DNA from: Octopus sinensis
Taxonomy: Eukaryota
Direction of reading: 5' to 3'
Assembly (NCBI RefSeq): GCF_006345805.1
Contig: NC_042998.1
Span: 203,360,001 to 203,424,000, forward strand
Length of the DNA: 64,000 nt
A program made the position numbers and the translations under genes. A model generated the notes under the pieces. That model did no database searches. It was not told the DNA's origin and saw nothing but the letters and a program-made list of their open reading frames with translations. This document shows, in pieces, positions 24,180 through 37,660 of this stretch (positions are counted from its first letter, which is position 1; each line of letters starts with the position of its first letter).

Positions 24180-24330
24180 ATAAAATTGATTCCACTGTTA
24201 ATTCTTGGAAGCGTAATTTACCATTTGTGACTGCCAGACCCATATTCAAGAGGTTACTTGGTGTACAAGACATTAAGATAGAACATGGCATTCCTGCTTT
24301 CCAGGCCAAAGTTCGGCCATAATCATGGAT
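24180..24330 (-). CDS. HLCS: HLCS coding exon 3 (IHDYGRTLAWKAGMPCSILMSCTPSNLLNMGLAVTNGKLRFQELTVESIL)
   Basis: tttttttctag acceptor, GTAAGT donor, phase 0-1. Resembles the human segment LACRPGDPYRLIAEASVDNFSKLGVAF (recalled). Confidence 0.85.
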
Positions 24331-24681
24331 CTAGAAAAAAAAAAGGAAACAAATTGTCACCTAGCATCTTTTATTTGTTTTAGTCATTAGACTGTGGCCA
24401 TGCTGGAGCACCACCTTGAAGAACTGTTAGTGAAAGGAATTGACCCCAGGACTTGTTTTCTTTTATTCAAGGCTGGTATTTATTCCATCAGTCTCTTACA
24501 CTGAATTGCTAAGTTACAGGGACATAAACAAACCGGCACCTGTTGTCAAGCAAGGGTTGGGGTACAAACCCAGATACATACACACATTTGTATGTCTATA
24601 CATATATTCTGATTGAATCTTCCATGCGCTAACACGTACCTCCTTGCCACAATGTAAACTTTCATTTAATCAAGATACCCT

Positions 24682-24912
24682 ATTTCTTTACTACCCACAA
24701 GGAGCTAAACATAGCGGGGACAAACAAGGACAGAAAAAACGGATTAAGTCAATTATATCGACTCCAGTGCGTAACTGGTACTTATTCAATCGACCCCGAA
24801 AAGATGAAAGGCAAAGTCAACCTCGGCGGAATTTGAACTCAGAACGCAGTGGCAGACAAAATACTGCCAAGCATTTCACCTGGCGTGTTAACGTTTCTGC
24901 CAGCTCGTCGCC
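24682..24912 (-). mobile_element. SINE family C with a 16-bp TSD (other copies ~13065, 23715, 26240, 35282, 36345, 42428, 46045, 52990)
   Basis: TTAATCAAGATACCCT at 24666-24681 and 24913-24928. Confidence 0.9.
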
Positions 24913-26015
24913 TTAATCAAGATACCCTTGGCGTTGAAGTGTAGCCTGCAGTATACACCTCGCCTGGGTATTTACCACTTCTGAGGTTCTGCACGCTATG
25001 AAACATATGTAGCCCATATCTTATCTACTCCATTCCGTAACTCTTGTATTCTTATTCACACAACTGGCAACCCTGGTTGCTTACCATGAAATATAAAAAG
25101 AACTTTTTTCAATTTATCATACTTTGATCCAAAAAAGAAACCCCAGCCTTCCATCTCAATAAACTATTGTCCCTGAAAGTTGTTTTTTTTATATTTACTA
25201 CAGATTGCTTGAAGCTAACCTTCTTCCTACACATTGATCCTTGAATCTTATATGTGTATGTGTGTGTGTATACAAACATACACACACATACATACATACC
25301 TAATACCTACATACAGATATATGATGAGGTTTTCTTAATTTTTTCCATCCACCAAATCCACTCACAAGGTTCTCATCGGCCCAAGGTTATGGTAGAAAAC
25401 ATTTGACCCAGGTGCCATACAAGTGTACTGAACTCAGACCCATGTAGTTGGGAAGCAAACTTCTTACCACACAGCCACCCCTCTGCCTATATGTTAGGAC
25501 ATTTTCCATGGCATGATTAGAGATAAAAGTAAGAAAACCCACCAGACTTGGAGGCACATCAGATGCACTTTTTTGGTCAAACAAAGTTTCCAAAATTGGC
25601 CCAGGCCCTTCATGTAAAGTTGGCCCCGTATTAATTGCTTCGGCCTGGCTCTCCGTCAGTTACAACGGCGGGGGTTCCAGCTGATCTGACCAATGGAAGA
25701 GTCCACTCTTGCAATTAATATACAAGTGGCTGAGTACTCTGCAGACAACTGTGTACCCTTAACATAGTTCTCAGGGAGATTCATTGAGACACAGAACGTG
25801 ACAAGGCTGACCCTTTGAAATCGAGGTGCAACTCATTCTTGCTCAAGGACATAATACGCAGCCAGGAATCGAACCCACAACCTTCTGATTGTGAGCCAAA
25901 TACCCAGACCACTGAAAATGTTCTTTCCCTAATGTGAACAGTAGAAATTAAGGGGCACCAAATGTGGCTCCGTGTCTTTTAGGTCCTTGAAAAACAGACT
26001 GAAAGAAATGTTTAC

Positions 26016-26180
26016 CTCAATGCAGTCTTCTTTCCCAGGTTCTTCCAGGTTATCAACAGGCGAAGTCAAATGAGTGATGCCAGCTTCAAGAAGGACAGTC
26101 AGAATATCGGGAGGAAATGATTGGAGGTCTTCGTTAGAGACATCTCGATAAAGATGCCAGTCTTTTAAGTTAACTGTCAC
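26016..26180 (-). CDS. HLCS: HLCS coding exon 2 (55 aa, VTVNLKDWHLYRD...EDCIE)
   Basis: ttttctttttcag acceptor, GTAAAC donor, phase 0-0, open frame bridging the flanking exons. Confidence 0.75.
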
Positions 26181-27071
26181 CTGAAAAAGAAAAAATAGAA
26201 AAAAAAAACCTGTTATCTGATGTGTCCTTCAAGTTTGAAACACAGAGGGGACAAACAAGGACAGACAAATGGATTAAGTCGATTATATCGACTCCAGTGC
26301 GTAACTAGTACTTATTCAATCGACCCCGAAAGGATGAAAGGCAAAGTCGACCTCGGCGGAATCTGAACTCAGAACATAGCGGCAGACAAAATACTGCTAA
26401 GTATTTCGCCTGGTGTGTTAACGTTTCTGCCAGCTGACAAAGGTTTGGCTGCTATTTTTAGCAGATTGACCAATCTTATAGTATTTCTCAATCATTTTTT
26501 TACCTGTACCCTTTTGATTTCAATTTTACTCAGATGGACCCCCATAGCAATTCAATCATCATCACCATCATCATCATTTAGCATCCGTTTTTCCATGCTG
26601 GCATGGGTTGGACAGTTTGACTGGAACTGGTAAGCCAGAGAGCAGCACCAAGGTCCAGTTGGGCTTGGCTTGGTTTCTGTGGCTGGATGCCCTTCCTAAT
26701 GCCAACCACTCCTACAGTGTAATGGGTGCCTTTTATGCGCCACTGGCATGGGTGCTTTTACATACCACCGGCACAAGAGCCTGCTGTGTGACACTGGCAT
26801 CGATCAATGTTTTAAAAAAAAATCTTATGTTTTTAAAATATTTAGAATTTATTCTTTTATTCTTTTACTGGTTTCAGCTATTTGACTGTGGCCATGCTGG
26901 AACATCACATTTAGTTGAACAAATTGACCCAGGATTTATTCTTTGTAAGCCTAGTCCTTATTCTATTGGTCTTTTTTGCCGAACCGCTAAGTTATGAGGA
27001 TGTAAACACACCAACATTGGTTGTCAAATGATGATGGGGAGACAAACACAGACACACAAATATATACACAC

Positions 27072-27115
<44 letters not shown>

Positions 27116-28484
27116 AACAAAAACAAAACACATATACACCAGTGTCGCACAACCAGCCCCAACCCACTCAAAAGTACCTTGGATCGTAGGGCGACCTGCT
27201 GTGCTTGAGGAGACCTATTGAGTCAAGTACATCAAAATCAAATGGAAATTGTAGTTACGATCCCCGTGCCGGTGGCATGTAAAAAAGCACCAACTGATTG
27301 TGGTCATTTCCAGCCTCCTCTGGCCCCTGTGCTGGTGACACATAAAAAGCACCAACTACACTCTCGGAGTGGTTGGCATTAGGAAGGGCATCCAGCTGTA
27401 GAAACACTGCCAGATCAGATTGGAGCCTGATGTAGCCTGCCTCCTGGCTTCCCAGACCCCAGTTGAACGTTCAACCCATGCCAACATGGAAAACGGATGT
27501 TAAACGATGATTATGATGATGATATATATATACATATATATACAACAGGTGTCCTCCAGTTTCTGACTACCAAATCCACTCTCAAGGCTTTAGTTGGCCT
27601 GAAGCTATAGTAGACAACATTTGCCCAAGGTACCACACAGTGGAACTGAACCTGGAACCATGTGGTTGCAAAGCTTACCACACAGCCACGCCTACATCTC
27701 TTACTCTTACTCTTTTACTCTTTTCCTTGTTTCAGTAATTTGACTGCGGCCATGCTGGAGCACCGCCTTTAGTCGAGCAAATCAACCCCGGGACTTATTC
27801 TTTGTAAGCCCAGTACTTATTCTATCAGTTTCTTTTGCCGAACCGCTAAGTGACGGGAACGTAAACACACCAGCATTGGTTGTCAAGCGATGTTGGGGGG
27901 ACAAACACAGACACACATACATATATACATAGTGCTGGTGGCACATAAAAAGCACCATCCGAACATGGCCGTTGCCAGCGCCGCCTTAGCTGGCTTCCGT
28001 GCCGGTGGCACGTTAAAAGCTCCAACCGATCGTGGCCGATGCCAGACCCCCCTGGTACATGTGCAGGTGGCACGTAAAAAGCACCCCCTACACTCTCGGA
28101 GTGGTTGGTGTTAGGAAGGGCATCCAGCTGTAGAAACTCTGCCAGATAAGACTGGAGCCTGGTGCAGCCATCTGGCTTCCCAGACCCCGGTCGAACCGTC
28201 CAACCCGTGCTAGCGCGGAAAACGGACATTAAACGATGATGATGATGATGATGATGATGATACGACAGGCTTCTTTCAGTTTCCGTCTACCAAATCCACT
28301 CACAAGGCATTGGTCGGCCCGGGGCTATAGCAGAAGACACTTGCCCAAAGTGTCACGCAGTGGGACTGAACCCGGAACTATGTGGTTGGTTAGCAAGCTA
28401 CTTATCACACAGCTACTCCTGCACCTATGTATTGTAGAAGTATAACCAATATATTGCAGATGAATTTAAACAGCAAAATCTTCT

Positions 28485-28715
28485 TATTTCTTTACTACCC
28501 ACAAGGGGCTAAACACAACGGGGACAAATAAGGACAGACAAACGGATTAAGTCGATTATATTGAACCCAGTGTGTAACTGGTACTTAATTTATCGACTCC
28601 GAAAGGATGAAAGGCAAAGTTGACCTTGGTGGAATTTGAACTCAGAACGTTATGGCAGATGAAATACCGCTAAGTATTTCGCCCGGTGTGCTAACGTTTC
28701 TGCCAGCTTGCCGCC
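28485..28715 (-). mobile_element. SINE family C with a 17-bp target-site duplication
   Basis: AAACAGCAAAATCTTCT at 28468-28484 and 28717-28733. B-box-like GAGTTCAAATTCC. Central GCCTTTCATCCTTTCGGGGTCGATAAAT-type segment. Confidence 0.9.
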
Positions 28716-30149
28716 TAAACAGCAAAATCTTCTATGGCCATATGGAACTGGGTTGAGACCCATTGCTCTTGAGGCTCTGCAACTGTCTTATTTCACCTCA
28801 CACCTAGCAGAAGAGTTGGTAATAATGTTGATAGTGTTCAGGGTCATAAAAGAGAATTAGGCAGAGGAGGTTAAGAGGGTCTGTTTTTTAGACGTGAATG
28901 ACCCAACATTAAGTGATATGGGTTTCCATGTATTTTTTATGCCAAGCAATTTTACATAAATATAAAGGAATTAATTACATAAAAAAATATATTTCCTAAC
29001 AGGGATATCTAAAGCTTTAGTAAGCACCCCAAAGAGAAACAGAAAAGCAAACTGTTAAAGAGCCATAAAGAGGAGAAAAAGGTGCATCAAAACTGAAATA
29101 AGATCAGTGATAAGGCATGGAATTTTACAAGTATTCCCATCATGATTGGGACATTGTAATATATATGATATCCCCCCCCCCAAAAAAAAAAGTTAGGACT
29201 ATTAAGGCTGGAACACTTTTGATCAGAGATCTGCTTGCTCAATGTTTTACCGAAGGCTAAACAGGAGCATAACTCCACATATTTTCACGCTGAGAGTTGC
29301 TGGGGCGTGGAGCAAACTGCCGCCATCAGTTGTTGGTTTCTGACAAGTTGTGGTGCACCTGAGCACTGTATACAATAATTTCATTATTATTAATATTTTT
29401 ATCATCATCATCATCGTTAACGTCCATTTTCCATGCTAGCACAGGCTGGATGGTTCGACTGGAGACTGGGAAGCCAGGAGGCTGCACCAGGCTCCAGTCT
29501 GATCTGGCAGTGTTTCTACAGCTGGATGCCCTTCCTAACGCCAACCACTCCGTGAGTGTAGTGGGTGCTTTTTACATGCCACTGGCACAGGTGCCAGGGG
29601 AGGCTGGCAGTGGCCACAATTGGTTGGTACTTTTTATGTGTCACCGGCACAGAAGCCAGTCAAGTCAGCGCTGGCTCGGCCACGTTCGGATGGTGCTTTT
29701 TATGTGCCACCGGCACAGGGATCACAACTACAATTTCCATTTGATATTTATTTTGAAGTTGATGTACTTGACTGAATAGGTCTCCTCAAGCACAGCAAGA
29801 ACTAAAATGAAAAATGAAATTGTAAGACTTTAAAATATTTGAGTTTTCTCCCATGACTTTCAGACACAGTTTTTTCAGACTCAGAGTTGCTGAAGCACAG
29901 AACAAACTACCTGCATCAGTTGTTATCTGCCGAGACATTGCATCTTTTAAAACTGCCATGCTTCCTGAAATTCGCCAACGCTACACCTGATATCCACCCC
30001 GCTCGATACACATGCACACATGTATATCATGACTCATACACTGTTCACTTTCCTGACTTTTGTACATAATTCTATGTACTGTACATGCACCTTTGATGAG
30101 GTGTAGTGCACCTGGGCACTAGACACAATAATTTCATTATTATTTCAGT

Positions 30150-30720
30150 ATTCTATTATAATAATAACGATATTATTGTATACAGTGCTCAGGTGCACCA
30201 CAACTTGTCAAAAAGTGCGTATAAAGTGTATGCAGTAATGTACAAATGTCTGGAAAGCGAACAGTGTATGAGTCAGGTACATGCTTGCATGTGTATGGAG
30301 GGGAGAAAGATCAGGTGTAGTGTTGGCGAATCTCAGGAAGCATGGAAGTTTTGAAGGATGCAGTGCTCCGAAAACTAACAACTGATGCCGGCAGTTTGTT
30401 CCATGCTTCAGCAACTCTTAATGTGAAAAAATGTTTCCGAAAGTCATGGAAGGAGCTGTGCTGTTTTCTGACTTTGTAAACATGTCCACGGGTGTTAGAC
30501 GGGTGGAGTTTGAAAAGATGCTCAGAGTTATTGTTTGTAAGATGGTTAATAATTTTATGGGTGTCTACCAAGTCAGCTGCCAGACGTCGGAGTTTCAATG
30601 TATCCATGCTCAGGGAAGAAGTAAGGCGTTCAGAATATGGCAAATGCCTGATGGAGGGTATTCTCTTGGTTACAAGAGAATACAACCAATTACAAGCTCT
30701 GAAATACAGTTAAGACACTC
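30150..30720 (-). mobile_element. CR1-clade LINE 3' end (also ~7885-8160 and ~12075-12510 on plus, diverged at ~29850-30130)
   Basis: LPYSERL...LRRLAADLVDTHKII...NTRGHVYKV...HFFTLRVAEAWNKLP is a CR1 ORF2 C-terminus. (ATT)n tail. Confidence 0.9.
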
Positions 30721-30768
30721 GTAATTCACATCATAACTATGAAATTGTTTTTAAAATATTATACTCAC

Positions 30769-31035
30769 AGCTGGGTGGATGGAGACTAAATGAAGATGGG
30801 CGTCTTGTACCAAAGGAGCAGAAAACCTCGAGTCGAGAACGTTTTTTAGAAAGGGCGATAACTGCTGGATGACTGTTAGAGACTCAGTTGCTTCCCCTAT
30901 ATGTTTGACTTGCTGGAATAAAAGGCTGGATTTCTTGAACGTCTTTCCGATTTGTCTCAGATACATGTGGCTCCGTCGTCTGTCGATGCACCAACGAATG
31001 ATGGCGCTCACATAATAGACGAGACTAAAAATCAT
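30769..31035 (-). CDS. HLCS: Holocarboxylase synthetase, first coding exon (89 aa, MIFSLVYYVSAIIRW...SIHPA)
   Basis: ATG at 31035 in GCC-ATG context with in-frame stops upstream. Polypyrimidine acceptor ttttttccag puts the exon start at 31116. Phase-0 GTGAGT donor at 30768. The N-terminus resembles, from memory, long-form HLCS starts (human MLITLCYLYLW, fly MLTLYYVSA). Confidence 0.75.
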
Positions 31036-31669
31036 GGCAACCAGATGAGATTGTAACAGAAACTGCTCAGATTTTCATTGTAAAACCAACTTGTCTTGTG
31101 ACCACTTTCATCAGAGCTGGAAAAAAACGAAAAAAAAAAGAGATATTTAATGGGAACATAAGGGGGGAGAGGGAGAGAGAGAGATGGGGCATGGAGAGGG
31201 AGAAAGAGAGAAAGAGAGAGAGAGAGTCACAGATGGTTGAGTTGGTCGGGTGCTAGATTAACAAGTGGACGAGTTGAAGGTTCATATCTCGTCAGAGGCA
31301 CTTCATCATGTCCATAACAAAACACTTTGGGGTCGCTATCGGATGCTGGGATGAGCTGTTAGGAAAATGACATTCTTAGGAGATGACTTTTTTCTTTTAC
31401 TGCTTAGTGAGGGAGGAAAAGCAACAACTCTGCCCACCCCACTTGTTTTTTCTTTTAAGGCCCACGGAGACTGGCCAGTGGAAGCAGCTAGAACCAAAAA
31501 CTGGAGCCGAATGCTTCTTACAAGAGATAAGATGGAGAAGAATCTCAGCCAAACTCATCACAAGAAGAGAGCAAAACTATAAACACTTTCTGGGGGGTTA
31601 GTAGTGATGATGTGGGTGGGGGTAGACATACTTTTGACAGAGAACTGGGTGGATCAAGTGGTCAGGGAA

Positions 31670-31972
31670 GTATGTGTGTGTGTGAGAGAGAGGGAGAGTG
31701 TGTGAATGTGTGTGTATGAGAGAGTATGTGTGTGTGTGAGTGCGTGTGTGTGAGAGAGAGAGAGAGAAAGAGTGTGTGTGTGTGAGAGAGAGAGAGAAAG
31801 TTTGTGAGTGTGTGTGTGTGTGTGCATGTGTATGTGAGAGAGAGAAAGAGAGAGAGTGTGTATGTGAGAGAGAGTGTGTATGTGAGAGAGAGTGTGTATG
31901 TGAGAGAAAGAGTGTGTGTGTGAGAGAGAGAGAGAAAGAGTGTGTGTGTGTGTGAGAGAGAGAGAGAGAAAG

Positions 31973-32017
<45 letters not shown>

Positions 32018-32066
32018 AAGAGTGTATGTGTGTGAGAGAGAGAGAGAGAGTGTGTGTGTGTGTGAG
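31670..32066. repeat. Compound (GA)n/(GT)n microsatellite
   Basis: Direct reading; alternating GA and GT blocks. Confidence 0.95.
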
Positions 32067-32099
32067 TGGTAGGACAGTTAAGCTTAAATCAAGTGGGCA

Positions 32100-35000
32100 C
32101 ACAAGCTAGATGGACGATGACATTCTCATGAGAAATAGGGATAAGAAGCCGGGTGTGAATGCAAAATCTTTCCCTTGGGAAGAATGTCCAACAGGAAACA
32201 GATGGGAGATAAACGACCACAAGACTCGGAGCTAAAAGAACTCAGAAATATAAAATGGTCTGGGAATGGAAGACCTGGACGGTTAAGGATTTATTGAACA
32301 ATCAGAAATTTAGGAAGGTTCTAGTTGATGCATTTGATGCAAAGGAGGGGGATAATAGAGACACATAACATAGGGGACAGGTGGAAGTCCCCATGGGACA
32401 ACCCACTGAGGGCTACAGACCAAATCTGTGGCTGGTACAAAGTTCCAGCCAGACAAAGGGTAATATGGTGGTCAAACAGTTCTGTCTGCTGTTCCATGGT
32501 GGCGGAACGGTAGACAGAACCATAAAAGAAAAGGGACATGCTTGTAGGGGGTTGGAAAAACTGGGGAGCAAAGAATTGTATCAGGGAACCGGAAAGACAG
32601 CTAAGTAACAGGTTTATTTAACAAGACAGAGAAAGTAAGAAGTTTGGCAATGTTGCACAGCATCGGGATGAACATTATGTGGTGATCCAGACTGCAAGAT
32701 AGAGCAACAGAGATAATTAAGATCATCATCATCATCGTTTAACGTCCGCTTTCCATGCTGGCATGGGTTGGATGGTTTGACTGAGGACTGGCGAGCCAGA
32801 TGGCTGCACCAGGCTCCAATCTTGATCTGGCAGAGTTTCTACAGCTGGATGCCCTTCCTAACACCAACCACTCCGAGAGTGTAGTGGGTGCTTTTTACAT
32901 GCTACCGGCATGGGGGCCAGTCAGGCGGTACTGGCAACGACCTCGCTTGAATCTTTTTACACATGCCAACAGCACAAGTGCCAGGAAGGCAAAGCTGGTA
33001 ACGATCACACTCGAATGGTGCCTTTTACGTGCCACTGGCACAGAAGCCGGTTAGCGGCTCCGTCAGCGATCACACTGAGTGAGAAAAGTATACAGGTAGA
33101 CAATGGCACACCTGCAATTAATGACTCTGAGAAGAAAGAGGCATGGAAATGCTACTATGAAATGCGACTAACTGTGGTGAATGAATGAGAGAAGGGGAGT
33201 CTTTCCAGTGTGGGCCCAACAGAGGGACCAATCATTAAAATTGACAGCAGTATGATAGATAAAGCAATTAAAGATATGAAGACAGGGAAAGCCCCAGGTG
33301 TGTCAAGAATAACTTCTGAGACACTAATAATATCTGGCAGAGAAAGATACAACCTAGTCATTCCTATAATCAATCGAATTGAACAGGTGAATGTCAAACC
33401 CAATGACTGGTGTAGCAGCACCATAGTCACCTGTTACAAGGGTAAAGGAGACACCTTAATGAGGCGTAATTACAGAGGTCATGAAAGTCATGGAAAGAGT
33501 TATAGCTCAATTAATTAGGAGCATAATTAGACTAGATGGGTTGCAGTTTTGTGTGAGGAAAAGGTATTACTGATGCTCTCTCGCAAGTAAGGTGACGGCA
33601 AAACTATTTAGCTGAGAGTAAGCCACTGTGCTTAGCATTCATCAGCCGGGAGAAAGTCTTTTGCAAAGTCCCTCAGTGCTCTGGTGGTTGCTGAAGTAAC
33701 TTGGTGTAGACAAATGGATAACGAAAGCCAGGCAGCCCTGTACAGAGGTGCTGTCAGCAAGATGAGGGTTAGCATCAAGCACAGCAAAGAATTCATTGTG
33801 AAGGTAGGACTTGGTGCTCAGCCCCCTTTAACTCGTCATAGTTGTCCAGGTCATAACAGAGGAGTGTAAGTCAGGATGTTCATGAGAATCCCTATGGGCT
33901 GAGGACATTGTTCCGGGGGCAAGATGTGAACTAGAATTAGAAAAGAACATGGAATCAAAAATAAAAAGAGCCCACCCTCAATGGTGAAGGGGTCTGTTTG
34001 GTAACAGAGCCCATACTTTTACCAATTGTTTTAAGTGTTTGTATTACAAGCAGACATGGACACCCTCTCAACCCTGCCACCATACTTTGATCCAGCAGCA
34101 CTGAGAGAGAGAGAGAGAGAGAGGGGGGGGGATAGAGACAGAGAGCGAGAAAAAATTTCTTTATTCACCATAAGATTGAGAAAAAGAGGGGACGATACGA
34201 GGACGGACAAAACAATCATTGGTGTCAGGGTATCGAATGAGACGAAACGTATGAATAAACAAACAAAATATATACAATTAAATGAGAATGAGTGAATAAC
34301 AAAAAATGAAGCGGAGGACGTAGTTGACCCCACAAACCACATACTCACACTGAAGACTTTGCTTTCTCCTTTTTCACATTCTCGTTTAAACAGGTTCTTT
34401 CACTCGCAACATACTTGCTATAGACTTCCATCTTTTACGAAACACACTTTGCGACAGGCATTTCTTCTCCAGCCTTATTTTCCGTTTCATGTGGAAAACG
34501 AAAAAGTCGATTAGCTCGAGACTGGAGATGAACATGCCTGTTGCAATTCCTTTCACTCTCGTCTTCCATACTACTTCTTTCGCCACAGCAACTACCAAGA
34601 GAAAACAGGCTTGCTCCTCCTTATTCAGGGAGGTCAGCGGAACGATCTTAATTACAGATTCGCTCGACAGTTGTACTCTTCTCGAATGCGACAGCAGGTG
34701 TTTGATATAAGCCCAGAGTTCAGTCACCTTGGGGCATTGCACAATCGCGTGCAGGACAGTTTCACTGTCCCTCTCACATCTTGCACAAACAGGCGAACAT
34801 GCACACCCATGTCTAAAGAGCTTATCTCGAACCGGTAAAGCTCCTCTGTAACATTGCCAGGCCAGGGACTTTTGGTAATTATCCATAGGCCCCGGACCGA
34901 ATGTTCTTTGGAACAGGCTGGCCAGTTGATCTTCGTTGAAGCCTAGGGTTTCTCCCAGGACGTCGTCACACTTAAGTGCCTTCTCAAGGATAGAATACAC

Positions 35001-36000
35001 TACTTGGGTCAGGAAGTGAGCCAACAACATTATGATCAGGTGTCAAATACTTTAACCACAAGGTCACGTCCCTTCATAACAAAGATGCAAGAAAAGCAGA
35101 CAGGGCCCTTTCTGCCTTCAAGGAAATGGATTTGCTTGATATTAAAAGGAAGGCTAATTAGATATCCCACATGGTCAGCTTAACTGGCACTCCATCAGTT
35201 ATGACAATGTGGGTTCCAAGTGATTCAGCCTGCTCATGAAATTAACATGCAAGTGGCTGAGTACTCCACAGACATACATACCTATTTCTTCACTACCCAC
35301 AAGGTGCTAAACAAAGAGAGGACAAACAAGGACAGACAAATGGATTAAATCGATTATATCGACCCCAGTGTGTAACTGGTACTTAATTTATCAACCCCGA
35401 AAAGGATGAAAGGCAAAGTCGACCTCGGCGGAATTTGAACTCAGAATGTAGTGGCAGACGAAATACAGCTACACATTTCGCCCGGCGTGCTAACGTTTCT
35501 GCCAGCTCGCTGCCTTATGATATACACACCCTTAATGTCCACAGACATACATACCCTTAATGAAGTTCTCAGGGAGATACAGTGTGACACAGAAAGCGAC
35601 AAGGCTGGCCCCTTTGAAATACAGGTAGTCTTCATTTTTGCCACCTGAGTAGACTGGGATAACGTGAAATAGAGTGTCTTGCTCAAGGACTCAATCCACT
35701 AACGGAAATTGAACACACAACCTCATGATTGTAAGCCAAATATCGTAACAACCAAGCCAGATGCCTCCACTGTTTAATTCAAACTATGGTCACATGAGAG
35801 GCGGTAGAATGAGGGCAGGGTTTTTATGTGGCAGATGCACAAGGGTCGTAAACCAAGGAACAGAGGAAACAGTTTCTCAAACGCTCTGAAGGATTCTTGC
35901 AGGTAAGAGATAGTTCCGGTTACCTAGGCAACTGATTTGGCATGGAAGAGCATGTTCTGAACGCATGCTAGCCAAAGTAAAAAAAAAGCTGAAGAAAGTC
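32100..36000 (+). mobile_element. Old RTE LINE copy interrupted by younger insertions
   Basis: MGPTEGPIIKIDSSMIDKAIKDMKTGKAPGVS...DWCSSTIVTCYKGKGD...RNYRG is the RTE RT N-terminus. Degraded RTE-like sequence resumes after 35030. Confidence 0.75.
34030..35030 (-). mobile_element. L1/Tx1-clade LINE 3' fragment (zf-RVT region plus 3'UTR)
   Basis: ORF 34386..35030: LAWQCYRGALPVRDKL...PVCARC...ETVLHAIVQCP is the CCHC zinc-binding C-terminus of L1/Tx1 ORF2. Confidence 0.85.
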
Positions 36001-37660
36001 CAAGGAGCCATTACTTATCATCATCATCATCTAATGTCCATGTAGTGTGCTGGTATATGTTGGACAGCAGAATGGGTTCCGTTGGGACCAAGAACTGCAC
36101 CACAGTCCAATGTCTGCTTTAGCATGGCTCAGTGGTTAGAGCATCAAGAGTTTGTGAGTTCGAATCCTGGACAGGGCTGCGTGTTGTGTTCTTGAGCAAG
36201 ACACTTTATTTTATGTTGCTCCAGTTCACTCAGCTGTAGAAATGGGTTGCAACGTCACTGGTGCCAAGCTGTATTGGCCCCTTTGCCTTTCCCTTGGATA
36301 ACATCAGTGACGTGGAGAGGGGGGGCTGGTATGCATGGGTGACAAGCTGGCAGAAACGTTAGCATGCCAAGTGAAATGCGTAGCAGTATTTCATCTGCTG
36401 TTATGTTCTGAGTTCAAATTCCGCCGAGGTTGACTTTGCCTTTCATCTTTTCGGGGTCGATAAATTATTAAGTACCAGTTACGCACTGGGGTCGATGTAA
36501 TTGACTTAATCCGTTTGTCTGTCCTTGTTTGTCCCCTCTGTGTTTAGCCCCTTGTGGGTAATAAAGAAATAGGTATTCATGGGCGACTGCTGGCTTTCCA
36601 TAAACAACTTTGCCCAGACTTGTGCCTGGGAGGGTAACTTTCTAGGTGCAATCCCATGGTCAGTCATGACTGAAGGGGGTCTCAGCAGTGTATAGTGGCT
36701 GTGCTACCAGCACTGATGAGGTCACCATGCAACTTGTAAGACTGGAAACCCTAAGAGGACAGCTTTACACGAGGAGATGAGGAGTAAAAGGAAAAGAGGA
36801 AGAGCCAGGAGAGAAGAGGTGTCTTGCGGTAGAGGAGTAGACACAAGAACAACTTACATTTTAGAAGAAAGGGGAGGAATGAATGGGTGGAGGTGGGAAG
36901 AGCTAAGAATAATGATGCCATGTCAGGGTAGACCCTGATTGTACAAGTGGGTAGAAACATGTGGGGACAGAGGACCAGGATTGTGGGAGGTTGAAGGAGT
37001 CAATGGGAAGAGTGAGAAGTGTGGGAGAGGAGAGGTAGGCAACCACTGTTAATTGGTTAGGATTGAAGGTTGGATGATCAATGATGCATGAGTTAGGGGA
37101 GATAGGGAGAGTAGGAGATGAGTGTCAGTTCCAAACAGCAGAATAGTAGTGATTATACAGCAGACGAGGGAGAGGGAAATGACATTTAGGTTTCAGGAAG
37201 AGAGAGGAGGAGGGAAAATAATTTAGCAAATCATTTAGGGTGTATGTGTGATCAATGAGAAGTGTGGGTGGAGATGAAAGAAGGGTAGGCAATAAGTGAA
37301 ATGATTCTGGGTTTGATCAGAAAACTAAATGTGTGTCAAGGTTGGTTACCTCTGTTTGTAATGAAATATTACAAAAGAGAATGAAAGGCAGATTGCTTGA
37401 TGGTTATGCATGAACTGCAATGCTACATGGCAGTGAAATATGAGCCATGAATGCAGGAGAGTTGTAAAGAGTAAAAAGAAATGAAACAAGGAGCAGGAGT
37501 GGCTGTGTGGTAAGTAGCTTGCTAACCAACCACATGGTTCCGGGTTCAGTCCCACTGCGTGGCATCTTGGGCAAGTGTCTTCTGCTATAGCCCCGGGCCG
37601 ACCAATGCCTTGAGTGGATTTGGTAGACGGAAACTGAAAGAAGCCTGTCGTATATATGTA

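Noticed and set aside
36711-36765. CTGATGA...GGAAAC hammerhead-like string
   Set aside because: Stem II does not close next to GAAA, and stem III lacks a UH cleavage site. At best it is a decayed relic.
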